Notes: generated by a model not told the origin, from the sequence alone. DNA of 32,000 nt from a cyanobacterium endosymbiont of Braarudosphaera bigelowii (GCF_020885515.1 NZ_AP024987.1:1320001-1352000); one strand, 5' to 3'; positions 18,438-28,484 are shown, counted from the stretch's first letter. A program made the numbers and translations.

Positions 18438-20534
18438 TTGACACGTAATATCCCACTAGAAAAGGTACGAAATATTGGAATTGCCGCGCACATAGATGCT
18501 GGTAAAACTACAACAACTGAACGTATCCTTTTCTATACAGGAATCGCACACAAATTAGGTGAAGTTCATGAAGGTACTGCTATTATGGACTGGATGGTCC
18601 AAGAGCAAGAAAGAGGTATAACAATTACAGCTGCTGCTATTAGTACCAATTGGTCAGATCATCAAGTTAACATCATAGATACTCCAGGACATGTGGATTT
18701 CACAATTGAAGTTGAACGTTCTATGAGAGTACTAGATGGAGTGGTAGCGATATTTTGTGCTGTGGGAGGTGTTCAACCACAATCTGAGACTGTTTGGAGA
18801 CAAGCTAATCGTTATGAAGTTCCTCGTATAGTGTTCATTAATAAAATGGATCGTACTGGAGCTAATTTCTTCAAAGTTCATGAGCAAATATGTGATCGCC
18901 TAAAAGCTAATATCATTCCAATCCAAATACCTATTGGTAATGAAAGTGATTTTTGCGGCATTGTTGATCTAATAAGAATGAGGGCTAAAGTCTATCAAGA
19001 TGATCTAGGAGAAAAGATCGAAGATATTGAAATTCCTTCTGAATGCTTAGAAAAAGCTAAAGAATATCGTACTAAATTAGTTGAAGCAGTTGCTGAAATT
19101 GATGAAACTTTACTAGAAAAATACTTAGAATGTGAAGAATTAACAGAGACTGAGATTAAAGAAGGTTTAAGGAAAGGTACTCTAGCACGATCTATCATAC
19201 CTTTACTATGTGGTTCGGCCTTTAAAAATAAAGGCATTCAGTTATTATTAGACGCTGTTGTAGAATACTTACCTTCTCCTCTTGATGTTCCTTCAATTAA
19301 AGGATTATTGCCCAATAACATAGAGGGTTGTCGTATAAGTTCTGATGAAGAACCATTTTCTGCTCTTGTTTTCAAAATTGCATCTGATCCTTATGGTCGT
19401 CTAACTTTTATACGTGTTTATTCTGGGGTATTAAACAAGGGAAACATTATTTATAATGCAACAAAAAAACAAAAAGAAAGAATTTCTCGCTTAATTATTC
19501 TTAAATCTAATGATCGTATTGAAGTAGATGAGTTGAGAGCAGGAGATCTGGGTGCAGTTATTGGCCTAAAGAAAACAACTACAGGTGACACACTGTGCGA
19601 TGAGAATCATCCTATTCTACTAGAATCTTTGTATATTCCTGAGCCAGTAATTTCTGTAGCAATAGAAACTCAAACTAAACAAGAACTTGAAAAACTCTCT
19701 AAAGCTCTTCAATCTTTATCTGATGAAGATCCAACATTTCGAGTTAATATTGATCCTGAAACCAATCAAACTGTCATTGCAGGAATGGGAGAATTACATT
19801 TAGAAATTCTTGTAGATAGGATGTTGCGTGAATATAAAATCGAAGCAAGTATTGGACAGCCTCAAGTTGCTTATCGTGAAACTATCCTGAAGCTAGGCAA
19901 AGCAGAAGAAGAATATATTCGTGAAAATGTTGGTAAGAATCATTATGCTCATGTTTTAATTCAGATAGAGCCAAGTAAGAAAGGTAGTGGCCTTGAATTT
20001 GTTTCCGCAATTATTGATGGTATTATTCCAAAAGAGTTTATTACTTCGGTTGAGAAAGGTATTAGAGAAACTTGTGATTCAGGAATTATTGCTGGTTATC
20101 CAGTAACTGACATTAAAGTAACTTTGCTAGGTGGGTCATTTCATGAAATTGATTCATCAGATATAGCTTTTAAAATTGCTGGTTCAATATCTATTCGTAA
20201 TGCGGTTATGAAGTCTTCTCCAATACTATTAGAACCTATGATGAAAATTGATGTAGAAATTCCTAATGATTTCTTAGGGGATATAGTTGGAGATCTTAAT
20301 GCTCGTCGGGGTCAAATCAATGGAATGATCACCGAAGATGATCTTACAAAAGTATCTGCAAATGTTCCTCTAGCAGAAATGTTTGGTTATGCAACTGACA
20401 TGAGATCAAAAACACAAGGTCGAGGAGTCTTCTCAATGGAATTTAATCATTATGTAGAAGTCCCTCATAAAATCGCTAAAGCGATAATTATGCAAAATAC
20501 AGGGAACACTTATGACAGTGAAGATTATCAATAA
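18438..20534 (+). CDS. fusA: Translation elongation factor G
   Basis: 698-aa ORF with [22 protein letters not shown] (G1), DTPGHVDF (G3) and NKMDR (G4). The start is TTG, with AGGAGG 5 nt upstream, and the N-terminus aligns with the usual MARxIPLExVRNIGI. Confidence 0.97.
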   Translation: MTRNIPLEKVRNIGIAAHIDAGKTTTTERILFYTGIAHKLGEVHEGTAIMDWMVQEQERGITITAAAISTNWSDHQVNIIDTPGHVDFTIEVERSMRVLDGVVAIFCAVGGVQPQSETVWRQANRYEVPRIVFINKMDRTGANFFKVHEQICDRLKANIIPIQIPIGNESDFCGIVDLIRMRAKVYQDDLGEKIEDIEIPSECLEKAKEYRTKLVEAVAEIDETLLEKYLECEELTETEIKEGLRKGTLARSIIPLLCGSAFKNKGIQLLLDAVVEYLPSPLDVPSIKGLLPNNIEGCRISSDEEPFSALVFKIASDPYGRLTFIRVYSGVLNKGNIIYNATKKQKERISRLIILKSNDRIEVDELRAGDLGAVIGLKKTTTGDTLCDENHPILLESLYIPEPVISVAIETQTKQELEKLSKALQSLSDEDPTFRVNIDPETNQTVIAGMGELHLEILVDRMLREYKIEASIGQPQVAYRETILKLGKAEEEYIRENVGKNHYAHVLIQIEPSKKGSGLEFVSAIIDGIIPKEFITSVEKGIRETCDSGIIAGYPVTDIKVTLLGGSFHEIDSSDIAFKIAGSISIRNAVMKSSPILLEPMMKIDVEIPNDFLGDIVGDLNARRGQINGMITEDDLTKVSANVPLAEMFGYATDMRSKTQGRGVFSMEFNHYVEVPHKIAKAIIMQNTGNTYDSEDYQ

Positions 20535-20586
20535 ATGATAAAGTATTACTGTTTAAAACAAAAAACAACAAAGGAACTTTTAATTT

Positions 20587-21816
20587 ATGGCAAGAGAGAA
20601 ATTTCAACGAACAAAACCTCATGTTAATATTGGAACTATTGGTCATGTTGACCATGGTAAAACAACTTTGACAGCTGCTATAACAATGACTTTAGCTGCT
20701 AGTGGTAATGCTAAAGCTCGTAACTACGAAGATATTGATGCGGCACCAGAAGAAAAAGCTCGTGGTATTACTATTAATACTGCTCACGTTGAGTATGAGA
20801 CAGCAAATCGTCACTATGCTCACGTTGATTGTCCTGGCCACGCTGATTATGTCAAAAATATGATCACTGGAGCAGCACAAATGGATGGTGGTATACTAGT
20901 TGTCTCTGCTGCTGATGGTCCCATGCCACAAACACGTGAGCATATTCTATTAGCCAAACAAGTAGGAGTTCCAAGCTTAGTAGTCTTTTTAAATAAACAA
21001 GATCAAGTTGATGATGAAGAACTTCTCGAACTTGTTGAGCTAGAGGTCAGAGAATTATTAAGCGAATATGATTTTCCGGGGGATGATATTCCTATAGTAT
21101 CTGGATCAGCTTTAATGGCAATTGAAGCACTGAAAGACAACCCTCAAATTCAAAAAGGTGAGAATCCTTGGACAGATAAGATCTTGGCACTGATGGATGC
21201 TGTAGATGCTAGTATCTCTGAACCAGAAAGGGAAATAGACAAACCATTTTTAATGGCAGTAGAAGACGTATTCTCAATTTCTGGTCGTGGAACCGTTGCT
21301 ACTGGAAGAATTGAACGCGGTAAGGTCAAAGTAGGCGAAACTGTTGCTATTATAGGTATTAGAGATACACAGTCTACTACTGTTACAGGCGTAGAGATGT
21401 TCCAAAAAACTCTTGATGAAGGGTTAGCAGGAGATAACGTTGGTCTTCTTTTGAGAGGTACTAAAAAAGATGATATTGAACGAGGAATGGTAATAGCTAA
21501 AACTGGTTCTATTACTCCTCACACTTTATTTGAAGGGGAAGTATATGTTTTAACAAAAGAAGAAGGTGGACGTCATACACCCTTTTTCAAAAATTATCGC
21601 CCTCAGTTTTATGTACGTACTACTGACGTAACAGGAACTATTCAAGATTATACAGCTGATGATGGTACAGCTGTAGAAATGGTAATGCCTGGAGACCGTA
21701 TTAAAATGACTGTTGAATTAATCAGTCCTATTGCTATTGAACAAGGAATGCGCTTTGCAATTCGTGAAGGAGGCCGCACAATCGGTGCGGGAGTCGTTTC
21801 TAAAATTGTTCAATAG
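20587..21816 (+). CDS. tuf: Translation elongation factor Tu
   Basis: 409-aa ORF with [36 protein letters not shown] and NKQD. It is highly conserved throughout. Confidence 0.99.
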   Translation: MAREKFQRTKPHVNIGTIGHVDHGKTTLTAAITMTLAASGNAKARNYEDIDAAPEEKARGITINTAHVEYETANRHYAHVDCPGHADYVKNMITGAAQMDGGILVVSAADGPMPQTREHILLAKQVGVPSLVVFLNKQDQVDDEELLELVELEVRELLSEYDFPGDDIPIVSGSALMAIEALKDNPQIQKGENPWTDKILALMDAVDASISEPEREIDKPFLMAVEDVFSISGRGTVATGRIERGKVKVGETVAIIGIRDTQSTTVTGVEMFQKTLDEGLAGDNVGLLLRGTKKDDIERGMVIAKTGSITPHTLFEGEVYVLTKEEGGRHTPFFKNYRPQFYVRTTDVTGTIQDYTADDGTAVEMVMPGDRIKMTVELISPIAIEQGMRFAIREGGRTIGAGVVSKIVQ

Positions 21817-21832
21817 AACAACTAAATAATAA

Positions 21833-21876
21833 TAGCTGACTAGTATAAGGGTAAATTATCTCTTACTAGTCAGCTA
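21833..21876 (+). terminator. Strong hairpin between tuf and rpsJ (attenuator, partial terminator or mRNA-stabilising element)
   Basis: Perfect 13-bp inverted repeat TAGCTGACTAGTA / TACTAGTCAGCTA (21833-21845 and 21864-21876) with an 18-nt loop. It starts 17 nt after the tuf stop codon. No U-tract follows. Confidence 0.45.
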
Positions 21877-21927
21877 CTACCTTAAAATTTCATTGAACTA
21901 ATTACTGAACCTTGAAAATTAAACATT

Positions 21928-22245
21928 ATGGCCACTCTAGCACAACAAAAAATTCGTATCCGATTAAAAGCATTTGACCGTCGTTTATTAGATACCTCTT
22001 GCGAAAAAATTGTTGACACAGCTAATCGTACTGATGCAACAGCGGTAGGGCCTATTCCTCTACCGACTAAAAAACGAATCTATTGCGTCTTAAGATCACC
22101 TCATGTTGATAAAGACTCAAGAGAGCATTTTGAAACTAGAACTCATCGCCGCATTATTGATATCTATCAGCCTTCATCTAAAACTATTGATGCATTGATG
22201 AAATTAGATTTACCTGCAGGTGTAGAAATCGAAGTTAAACTTTAA
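21928..22245 (+). CDS. rpsJ: 30S ribosomal protein S10
   Basis: 105-aa ORF with [37 protein letters not shown] and IDI, which is canonical S10. Its position after tuf matches cyanobacteria and plastids. Confidence 0.98.
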   Translation: MATLAQQKIRIRLKAFDRRLLDTSCEKIVDTANRTDATAVGPIPLPTKKRIYCVLRSPHVDKDSREHFETRTHRRIIDIYQPSSKTIDALMKLDLPAGVEIEVKL

Positions 22246-22271
22246 TTTAAAAATGCAGAAATAGCTTTTCG

Positions 22272-22297
22272 GATAGGAGTGAGTTTTCACTCCTATC
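22272..22297 (+). terminator. Hairpin at the end of the str operon (candidate terminator in a convergent gap)
   Basis: Perfect 11-bp stem GATAGGAGTGA / TCACTCCTATC with a GTTT tetraloop, 26 nt after the rpsJ stop. The downstream sequence is A-rich rather than T-rich, so it is not a textbook intrinsic terminator. Confidence 0.45.
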
Positions 22298-22395
22298 TAA
22301 TATAAAAAAATAATCTTATAAGAAATATTTTGTTGAGATTATTTTAAAACTAATGTAAAAATCAACATAAAGTATTTTTAATTTGTTGAATTTAG

Positions 22396-23109
22396 CTAAA
22401 ATAATTGAAGATGACAGAACCAGATTAAGAGTATAAATCCAAATACTCCAACATAAGCAGGTCGTAAGAATTCATTTAATAACAAAGTTTGACGACCATC
22501 TAAAATTGCTAGAAACGGGACTATTGAAGTTCTCTGTTTTGCATAAATAAATTGTTCTCCATAAAGTTTTTCAAGGCGATAATCACCATGCCATATTGCA
22601 AATAAATGATATGTGATTAAAATTAAAGAGGTCATCACTGTAAAACTACTACCAATCCATAAAGTATGAGCAATACACCATATTACCTGTCCTACCATTT
22701 GAGGATGACGACAAACTCTCAGTATCCCTGTTTTATGTAAATGTACTTTAGGTTCATTAATAGCAGCAATTTCTAAAAGATTAAAAGTAGATGGATATAA
22801 GAAAAAAAATGATATTGCAGAAAGTAACCAAACTACAACCTTAACTGCTAAAAATTCTTGAAATTGCCATAAAATCAAGCCATCATAACGGTGGTAGAAG
22901 AAGTAAACAATTAGAAAGATAGCTATAGGAAGATTTACTAAAACAAAAAAAATTCTGTAAAATCTTACTCCAATTTTAGCTTCTCCCCATGTTCTTAAGG
23001 CTGCTAAACCACTGTGAAAAACACTAAATACCAATAATAATCCCAACATAATTAAATGACTTGTTGTTAGCCAAGCGGTTAATTCCATATCTCTATAACC
23101 AATCCACAT
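22396..23109 (-). CDS. NnrU-family integral membrane protein (Z-ISO/NnrU-like)
   Basis: 237-aa ORF with about 6 hydrophobic helices. The block RHPQMVGQVIWCIAHTLWIGS matches the RHP...W..aH motif I associate with the NnrU family. An alternative start lies at the internal Met (MELTAW). Confidence 0.7.
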   Translation of the reverse strand: MWIGYRDMELTAWLTTSHLIMLGLLLVFSVFHSGLAALRTWGEAKIGVRFYRIFFVLVNLPIAIFLIVYFFYHRYDGLILWQFQEFLAVKVVVWLLSAISFFFLYPSTFNLLEIAAINEPKVHLHKTGILRVCRHPQMVGQVIWCIAHTLWIGSSFTVMTSLILITYHLFAIWHGDYRLEKLYGEQFIYAKQRTSIVPFLAILDGRQTLLLNEFLRPAYVGVFGFILLIWFCHLQLF

Positions 23110-23293
23110 AATATTAAATTAATTTATTATTCTATTTTAAGATCTTAGAATATATCAGTCTTTGTGTTATGTTACTCTCGTATTTAATTAAATTTTTCTG
23201 CTTTTTGAAACTTTTATATTAAGAATATTATGTAATTATTAATTATTCTAGTTGCTCTTTATACTGACTTTTTAAATATTTTTTGATGATTTT

Positions 23294-24295
23294 ATGTCAG
23301 ACATTCCTTTCACTTTAGACCAATTGCGTATTCTCAAGGCAATAGCTGCTGAGGGGAGTTTTAAACGAGCAGCTGACACACTTTATATCTCTCAGCCTGC
23401 AGTTAGCCTTCAGGTACAAAATTTAGAAAAACAATTAAATATACCATTATTTGATCGTGGAGGTCGCAAAGCACAATTAACAGAAGCTGGACGTTTACTA
23501 TTGTCATATGGGGAAAAAATTATTACTCTTTGTAGAGAGACTTGTCGCGCAGTTGAAGATCTACAAAATCTTAACGGAGGGACTTTAATTATAGGAGCTT
23601 CGGAAACAACTGGAACTTACTTATTACCTAGAATGATTGGATTATTTAGACAAAAATATCCTGATATAGTGGTTCAGTTACAAATACATTCAACCAGAAG
23701 AACAGCCTGGGGAGTTAATAATGGACAAGTTGATCTAGCTATTATTGGAGGAGATATTCCCAATGAATTACAAGATGTATTGAAAGTAATTCCTTATATC
23801 AAAGACGAATTAGCACTTATACTACCAGCGAACCATCCTTTATCAAAAGTTAAAACAATTCAAAAAGATGACTTATATCGTCTAAATTTTATTAGCTTAG
23901 ATTCCCAGTCTACTATTAGAAGAGTAATTGAAAAAAACTTAAATTGTTGCGGTATTAATACAAAGCGTCTCAATATAGAAATGGAACTAAATTCGATAGA
24001 AGCTGTTAAAAATGCAGTTCAGGCAGGTTTAGGCGCAGCTTTTGTTTCAATTACTGCAATTGAAAAAGAACTAAAGACAAAAGAAATCTATGTGGCTAAT
24101 ATTGAAAAAATAAAAGTTAAGAGAACACTGTCAGTTATAGTAAATCCTAATCGTTATCGTTCAAAGGCTTCAGAAACATTTATCAAAGAAATATTACCAA
24201 GATTTTCGAGCTATTATGAAAAATCAACTTTAGAATATTTTTCGATACCATCTAGTTATATAGAAGAAGTTAGCGAAAATATTAATTCGGTTTAA
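23294..24295 (+). CDS. rbcR: LysR-family transcriptional regulator, RbcR/Ycf30 (CbbR) orthologue type
   Basis: 333-aa ORF. Its N-terminus is [62 protein letters not shown]. This closely matches my recollection of the HTH region conserved among cyanobacterial and plastid Ycf30/RbcR, followed by a LysR substrate-binding domain. Confidence 0.88.
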   Translation: MSDIPFTLDQLRILKAIAAEGSFKRAADTLYISQPAVSLQVQNLEKQLNIPLFDRGGRKAQLTEAGRLLLSYGEKIITLCRETCRAVEDLQNLNGGTLIIGASETTGTYLLPRMIGLFRQKYPDIVVQLQIHSTRRTAWGVNNGQVDLAIIGGDIPNELQDVLKVIPYIKDELALILPANHPLSKVKTIQKDDLYRLNFISLDSQSTIRRVIEKNLNCCGINTKRLNIEMELNSIEAVKNAVQAGLGAAFVSITAIEKELKTKEIYVANIEKIKVKRTLSVIVNPNRYRSKASETFIKEILPRFSSYYEKSTLEYFSIPSSYIEEVSENINSV

Positions 24296-24420
24296 ATTAT
24301 TAAAGGTTTTCAAATAACATCTAATAGTTAATTTTATTATGTTACTAATAAACTATAAGTTAAGTAACTCTAGAGATATTGCTAATATTATTTATACATT
24401 TAAGTCAATAATTAATAAAA

Positions 24421-24484
24421 CAAGGATATTTAATTTAAAAGTATCTATCAAACTGTTGAACTGATAAGTTTTAAAATATCCTTG
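24421..24484 (-). terminator. Candidate terminator structure downstream of the ferredoxin gene
   Basis: 11-bp inverted repeat CAAGGATATTT / AAATATCCTTG (24421-24431 and 24474-24484). On the minus strand it is followed directly by TTTTATTAAT. The loop is atypically long at 42 nt. Confidence 0.3.
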
Positions 24485-24527
24485 ATAAATTACTACATCT
24501 TATGATGAATAGCTTATTCTTTTTCAT

Positions 24528-24896
24528 TTAATCATCATCGATAGGAAGCCCCAGTCTAACATTTCTTTTCCCATAATATTGCCCAAATTGTAACTCATAT
24601 ACCTCATCTTCATCCTGAGTCTCTACTTCTAGATTTGATTTGGGATAGCTTACACATAAAAGTGCATAACCTTTTTCTCTTAATTCATGAGACAATCCTA
24701 TTGCTTCTGTTTGCTCAATTTCTCCTGATAGAATTTTTACAGCACAACTAGTACAAGCTCCATTACGGCACGAAAATGGAAGCTCATATCCTTGGCTTTC
24801 TGCACTGTGCAAAATGTAAGAGTCACTGGGAACTTCAAGAATGTACTCATCATCTACTTGACGGTGGTGTATGCGAATTGTATGGTGGTGGCTCAT
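24528..24896 (-). CDS. Plant-type [2Fe-2S] ferredoxin with C-terminal extension (FdC2 / cyanobacterial Fed2-like)
   Basis: The Cys ligand pattern is FSCRNGACTSCAV...LLCVSYP. An acidic tail, ETQDEDEVYELQFGQYYG..GLPIDDD, extends beyond a normal PetF. I place the start at ATG 24896 (MSHHHTIRIHH, 122 aa). The track's longer ORF to 24932 begins at a TTG with no support. Confidence 0.88.
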   Translation of the reverse strand: MSHHHTIRIHHRQVDDEYILEVPSDSYILHSAESQGYELPFSCRNGACTSCAVKILSGEIEQTEAIGLSHELREKGYALLCVSYPKSNLEVETQDEDEVYELQFGQYYGKRNVRLGLPIDDD

Positions 24897-24996
24897 AGGT
24901 AAACAAAAATTAACTATAGATGTTGTAAACAATTAATCTTACAAAAACAAAAATTTTCAGTATTCATACTATTTTTAGTAAAATATAACTGTAATT

Positions 24997-26169
24997 TTAA
25001 TATTGAGGAATACTAGTATCAACTTCTTGACTCCAAGCATTAATGCCTCCTTTAAGATTAGTTCCTATGATATCAAATTTTTCTAAAGTCTTTAGAGCTT
25101 TTATTGATCGTCCTCCCATCTTACAGTGAACAATTAAGCGTTTATTCTTTATTAAATTTTTAATTTGTGGAATTTTTGTACCATCTTCTATACTCGTTAA
25201 TGGTATTAAAACTGAGCCACTAATATATGCAATTTCGTATTCATTAATATTTCTAACATCAATTAATACAAAAGAACCTGATTCTAAGTCCATTAATTTT
25301 TTAAGATCTTGAACTGTTATTTCAGGAATCATAGTGTTATCTTTAGGCTTAACTATTGAGCCATGAGGAATGCTACAAAATTCCTCATAATCGATCAACT
25401 TATCTATAGCAGGGAGATTAGGATTACGTCTTAACCTCAACTCCCTAAAAGTCATATCCCAAGCATTGTATAAAAGCAAACGTCCACTCAAAGTATTATT
25501 AGAACCTAATATGATTTTAATAGTTTCCGTAGCTTGAATTGTTCCAATAATACCGGGTAATACTCCTAAAACACCTCCTTCAGCACAAGATGGAACCATT
25601 CCTGGTGGTGGAGGCTCTGGAAATAGATCTCTATAATTAGGGCCTCCTTTGTAATTAAAAACTGTTGCTTGTCCTTCAAATCTGAAAATTGAACCGTAAA
25701 CATTAGGCTTATTTAACAAAACACAAGCATCATTTATTAAATATCGTGTAGGAAAATTATCTGTTCCATCTACAACTACATCATAAGGTTTCAAAATTTC
25801 AATAGCATTTTCAGAAGAAAGACGATTTTTATATAAATCAACTTGACATGTAGGATTTATTTCTAGGATCCTATTCTTTGCGGATTCTATTTTTAGTTTA
25901 CCAACCCATGAAGTACTATGTATTATTTGACGTTGTAAATTAGAACTGTCAACAACATCAAAGTCAACAATACCAATATGTCCTATTCCAGCAGCAGCCA
26001 GGTAAAGCAATAAAGGAGAACCTAAACCACCAGTTCCAATACAGACAACACTAGCAGCTTTTAATTTTTTCTGACCTTCTAGTCCAACTTCTGGGAGGAT
26101 AATATGACGTGAATATCTTTCAATTTCTTCTTTGTCGAGTGTAACTGTTTCTAAATTAGGATTTATCAT
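24997..26169 (-). CDS. moeB: MoeB/ThiF-type adenylyltransferase fused to a C-terminal rhodanese domain (MoeZ-like adenylyltransferase/sulfurtransferase)
   Basis: 390-aa ORF with YSRHIILPEVGLEGQKKL, the nucleotide-binding GTGGLGSP, and DFDVVDSSNLQRQ. The C-terminal rhodanese domain has the active-site loop VHCKMGGRS. Confidence 0.9.
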   Translation of the reverse strand: MINPNLETVTLDKEEIERYSRHIILPEVGLEGQKKLKAASVVCIGTGGLGSPLLLYLAAAGIGHIGIVDFDVVDSSNLQRQIIHSTSWVGKLKIESAKNRILEINPTCQVDLYKNRLSSENAIEILKPYDVVVDGTDNFPTRYLINDACVLLNKPNVYGSIFRFEGQATVFNYKGGPNYRDLFPEPPPPGMVPSCAEGGVLGVLPGIIGTIQATETIKIILGSNNTLSGRLLLYNAWDMTFRELRLRRNPNLPAIDKLIDYEEFCSIPHGSIVKPKDNTMIPEITVQDLKKLMDLESGSFVLIDVRNINEYEIAYISGSVLIPLTSIEDGTKIPQIKNLIKNKRLIVHCKMGGRSIKALKTLEKFDIIGTNLKGGINAWSQEVDTSIPQY

Positions 26170-26492
26170 ATCTGATCACGCCAATACGTTTAAATAAGAG
26201 TGTAATTGTCAATGTAAAGAAAGACTTATCTGAGCTATTGTACCCATTATTTATTTTAGATTTAAATGTAAGTTATTTATACTTAACAAAAGTAATAATT
26301 TAATATTTTATTTTAAAACACTTATGTAGATGATAAAGCATTAATATGTTCCTAAAATATTCATCAATTTTGCTCGGAGTCTTTTTGATCCTAGCTAACT
26401 TTAGCTATATATTACATGCTTTAAATAACATTTATAGAATTAAATCTTTACAAATTGGTATATCTTGAAAATTTAAGCTATTAACTCTTATT

Positions 26493-28484
26493 CTATATTG
26501 GATATATATTTACCGTTCTTGATAAAGTATTAGTATTTTTAGAACTTTCCAAAGAAGGACAATTGTCTTGAAAAAGAGCTAAGTCAAACCAAAAAGTTGT
26601 TCCAACACCAACTTCGCTAATAAGATTAATTTGACTATGATGCTTGTTTATAATGTTTGTGACAATAGAAAGTCCTAGGCCAGTACCCTCGAGAGTATGA
26701 ACCCTATTCTCTACTCTGAAAAAACGATCAAAAATTGCAGTTTGGTCTTCGGGAGCAATTCCAATTCCAGTATCAGATATTTCTATTCTAACAAATGACT
26801 TATTATTAAATTGTTTAGATTTAACTTTGAAGTGATAGGCACGAACAACAATTGCTCCACCAGAAGGAGTGAATTTAAGAGCATTGCCAACTAAATTAGT
26901 TATTACTTGTAGTAGTAGGTCATAATGTCCTAATACTAAAGGTAAATTAGAATTAACTTCTTTATATAAAGTTAACTCTTTATCTTTTGCATTTAATCTA
27001 TACGTTCTAATGGTTTGTTCAATTAGTTGAGAAAGATCTACTGCACTTAAATAATAAGTTTTAAAGGATTCTAAACGAGATAAATCTAAAACATCATTAA
27101 CTAAGCGAGTTAAGCGATCAGTTTCATGGTTGGCAGTTTCTAAAAATTCTTTTCTTTCCATCTCTGTGAGATCTTCTCCAAACTCTGTAAGAGTCTCAAT
27201 AAAAGATTTTATATTGAATAAAGGAGTTCTTAATTCATGGGATACATTGCTTATAAATTGACTTTTAGCTTCATTTAATCCTACTTCTCTAGTGATATCT
27301 TGTACTGTCATAGCGATTCCTTTTAAATCTCTATGTTGGTCAAAAACTGGGGTTAAAAGAACGCGAACAATTCTTGATGTTGGTTGCTGAAGTTTAATTC
27401 GATATTCTTCCGGCAATATTCTTTGCTCTACATGTGTATTATTAGTATGATGACTTTTCCGCATCATTTCTTGTAATGGAAGTTGAAGCTGATTGGTTAG
27501 CTCCTTAGGTAAAAGTTTTAGCACATTCTCGCCTATTAAGTTTATTCTATTCCAATCAAACATACGTCTGGCTGTAGGATTAACTAATAGAAGATTGAGA
27601 CTAGTGTCTAACAATATTGCTCCATCAATAATTGTTGAAACTAAGGTATCTAACTTTGCTTTTTCTGCTGTTAATTCTTCAATATTGTGCTCTTCATGAC
27701 TTTCAAGACGCTTAGCCATTTCATTGAAGTTAAAAATTAATTCTCCTAACTCCCCACCAAACGGAAGATTAATACGTTGTTTAAAATTACCTGTTGAGAT
27801 ATTTTTAACTCCAACCAATAATTCTTTAATAGGGCGTGTGATAGTTAAAGCATTAAACACTGCTCCTAAAATAACCATAACCCAAATAGATACAAATACT
27901 GCAATAGTTACATCACGAGTTAAATTAGACGAATTGACAACAGTTGCATTTGGGTTAATTCCTATCGCTAAAAAGCCTAAATCCTTATCTTCATGTTTTA
28001 AAGAAACAAAAACATCAGTAACTTTACCATTTGGACTTTTGTGTTGCTGTACTATAGGTAAATTATCATTATCAGAAGCTGTATTTGGTAGTTTAATACT
28101 ACGTTGAACGGTTGAGCAGTTTTGAACTTCTGTTGAAGAATAAGGAATCGCAAAAAATATATGTCCTTCCTTATCAGCATAAATCATATAACGAACACTA
28201 GAAGTACTTTGATAAAATCTATTTGAGAAACGAGCGACCTCTGTTAAATTATCTTCAGCAATTAAAGGAGCAATATTAGAGGCTAATAATAAGCCAAGAT
28301 CTCTACCAAAACGCGTATCATTTAGTCGAGCATCTTTCTGAATAATATTAACTGCCCAAAAGGTCAAACTACTCATGAATAAAGAAACTGCCAAGGTTAC
28401 AGCTGCCATTAATTTGGTTTGCAGCGTAAATTCTGACCACCAGCGTTTCATGATTTTTTTGACTGTATTTAAAGGATTTAACAA
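26493..28484 (-). CDS. nblS: Sensor histidine kinase NblS/Hik33/DspA (Ycf26-type): 2 TM + HAMP + PAS + HisKA + HATPase
   Basis: 663-aa ORF. Two hydrophobic helices flank a periplasmic segment (DTRFGRDLGLLLASNIAPLIAEDNLTEVARFS..VRYMIYAD) that matches Hik33/NblS as I remember it. The H-box is FISNVSHELRTPL, and the N and G boxes are GNALKF and DTGIGI..GTGLGLS. The track start is TTG at 28484, and ATG at 28451 (MKRWWSEF) is an alternative. Confidence 0.92.
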   Translation of the reverse strand: MLNPLNTVKKIMKRWWSEFTLQTKLMAAVTLAVSLFMSSLTFWAVNIIQKDARLNDTRFGRDLGLLLASNIAPLIAEDNLTEVARFSNRFYQSTSSVRYMIYADKEGHIFFAIPYSSTEVQNCSTVQRSIKLPNTASDNDNLPIVQQHKSPNGKVTDVFVSLKHEDKDLGFLAIGINPNATVVNSSNLTRDVTIAVFVSIWVMVILGAVFNALTITRPIKELLVGVKNISTGNFKQRINLPFGGELGELIFNFNEMAKRLESHEEHNIEELTAEKAKLDTLVSTIIDGAILLDTSLNLLLVNPTARRMFDWNRINLIGENVLKLLPKELTNQLQLPLQEMMRKSHHTNNTHVEQRILPEEYRIKLQQPTSRIVRVLLTPVFDQHRDLKGIAMTVQDITREVGLNEAKSQFISNVSHELRTPLFNIKSFIETLTEFGEDLTEMERKEFLETANHETDRLTRLVNDVLDLSRLESFKTYYLSAVDLSQLIEQTIRTYRLNAKDKELTLYKEVNSNLPLVLGHYDLLLQVITNLVGNALKFTPSGGAIVVRAYHFKVKSKQFNNKSFVRIEISDTGIGIAPEDQTAIFDRFFRVENRVHTLEGTGLGLSIVTNIINKHHSQINLISEVGVGTTFWFDLALFQDNCPSLESSKNTNTLSRTVNIYPI

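Noticed and set aside
18995-19237. 80-aa minus-strand ORF inside fusA
   Set aside because: It is antisense to conserved EF-G and has a Ser-rich, low-complexity translation.
20692-20880. 62-aa minus-strand ORF inside tuf
   Set aside because: It is antisense to EF-Tu, so it is spurious.
20587-21816. Prochlorococcus (high-light clade) as the source, given about 30% G+C
   Set aside because: EF-Tu blocks such as [40 protein letters not shown] follow the Cyanothece/Crocosphaera-type sequence as I remember it, rather than the marine picocyanobacterial one. This is a judgement from memory, not a database search.
23110-23293. LysR-type T-N11-A operator in the NnrU/rbcR divergent region
   Set aside because: The region is so A/T-rich that T-N11-A matches and short dyads (AATATT, the repeated AATTATT) occur trivially. 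I could not single out a convincing site.
26170-26345. Moco or TPP riboswitch upstream of moeB/thiF-like gene
   Set aside because: I could not find the conserved cores on the minus strand: the CUGAGA...ACCUGA/GCCAGCG-type TPP elements or the Moco motif helices. The only CTGAG occurrence is on the wrong strand.
27493-28107. Two plus-strand ORFs (27493-27699, 68 aa; 27724-28107, 127 aa) inside nblS
   Set aside because: Both are antisense to a kinase gene whose domains (TM, HAMP, PAS, HisKA, HATPase) are continuous across the region. Neither translation shows a motif.
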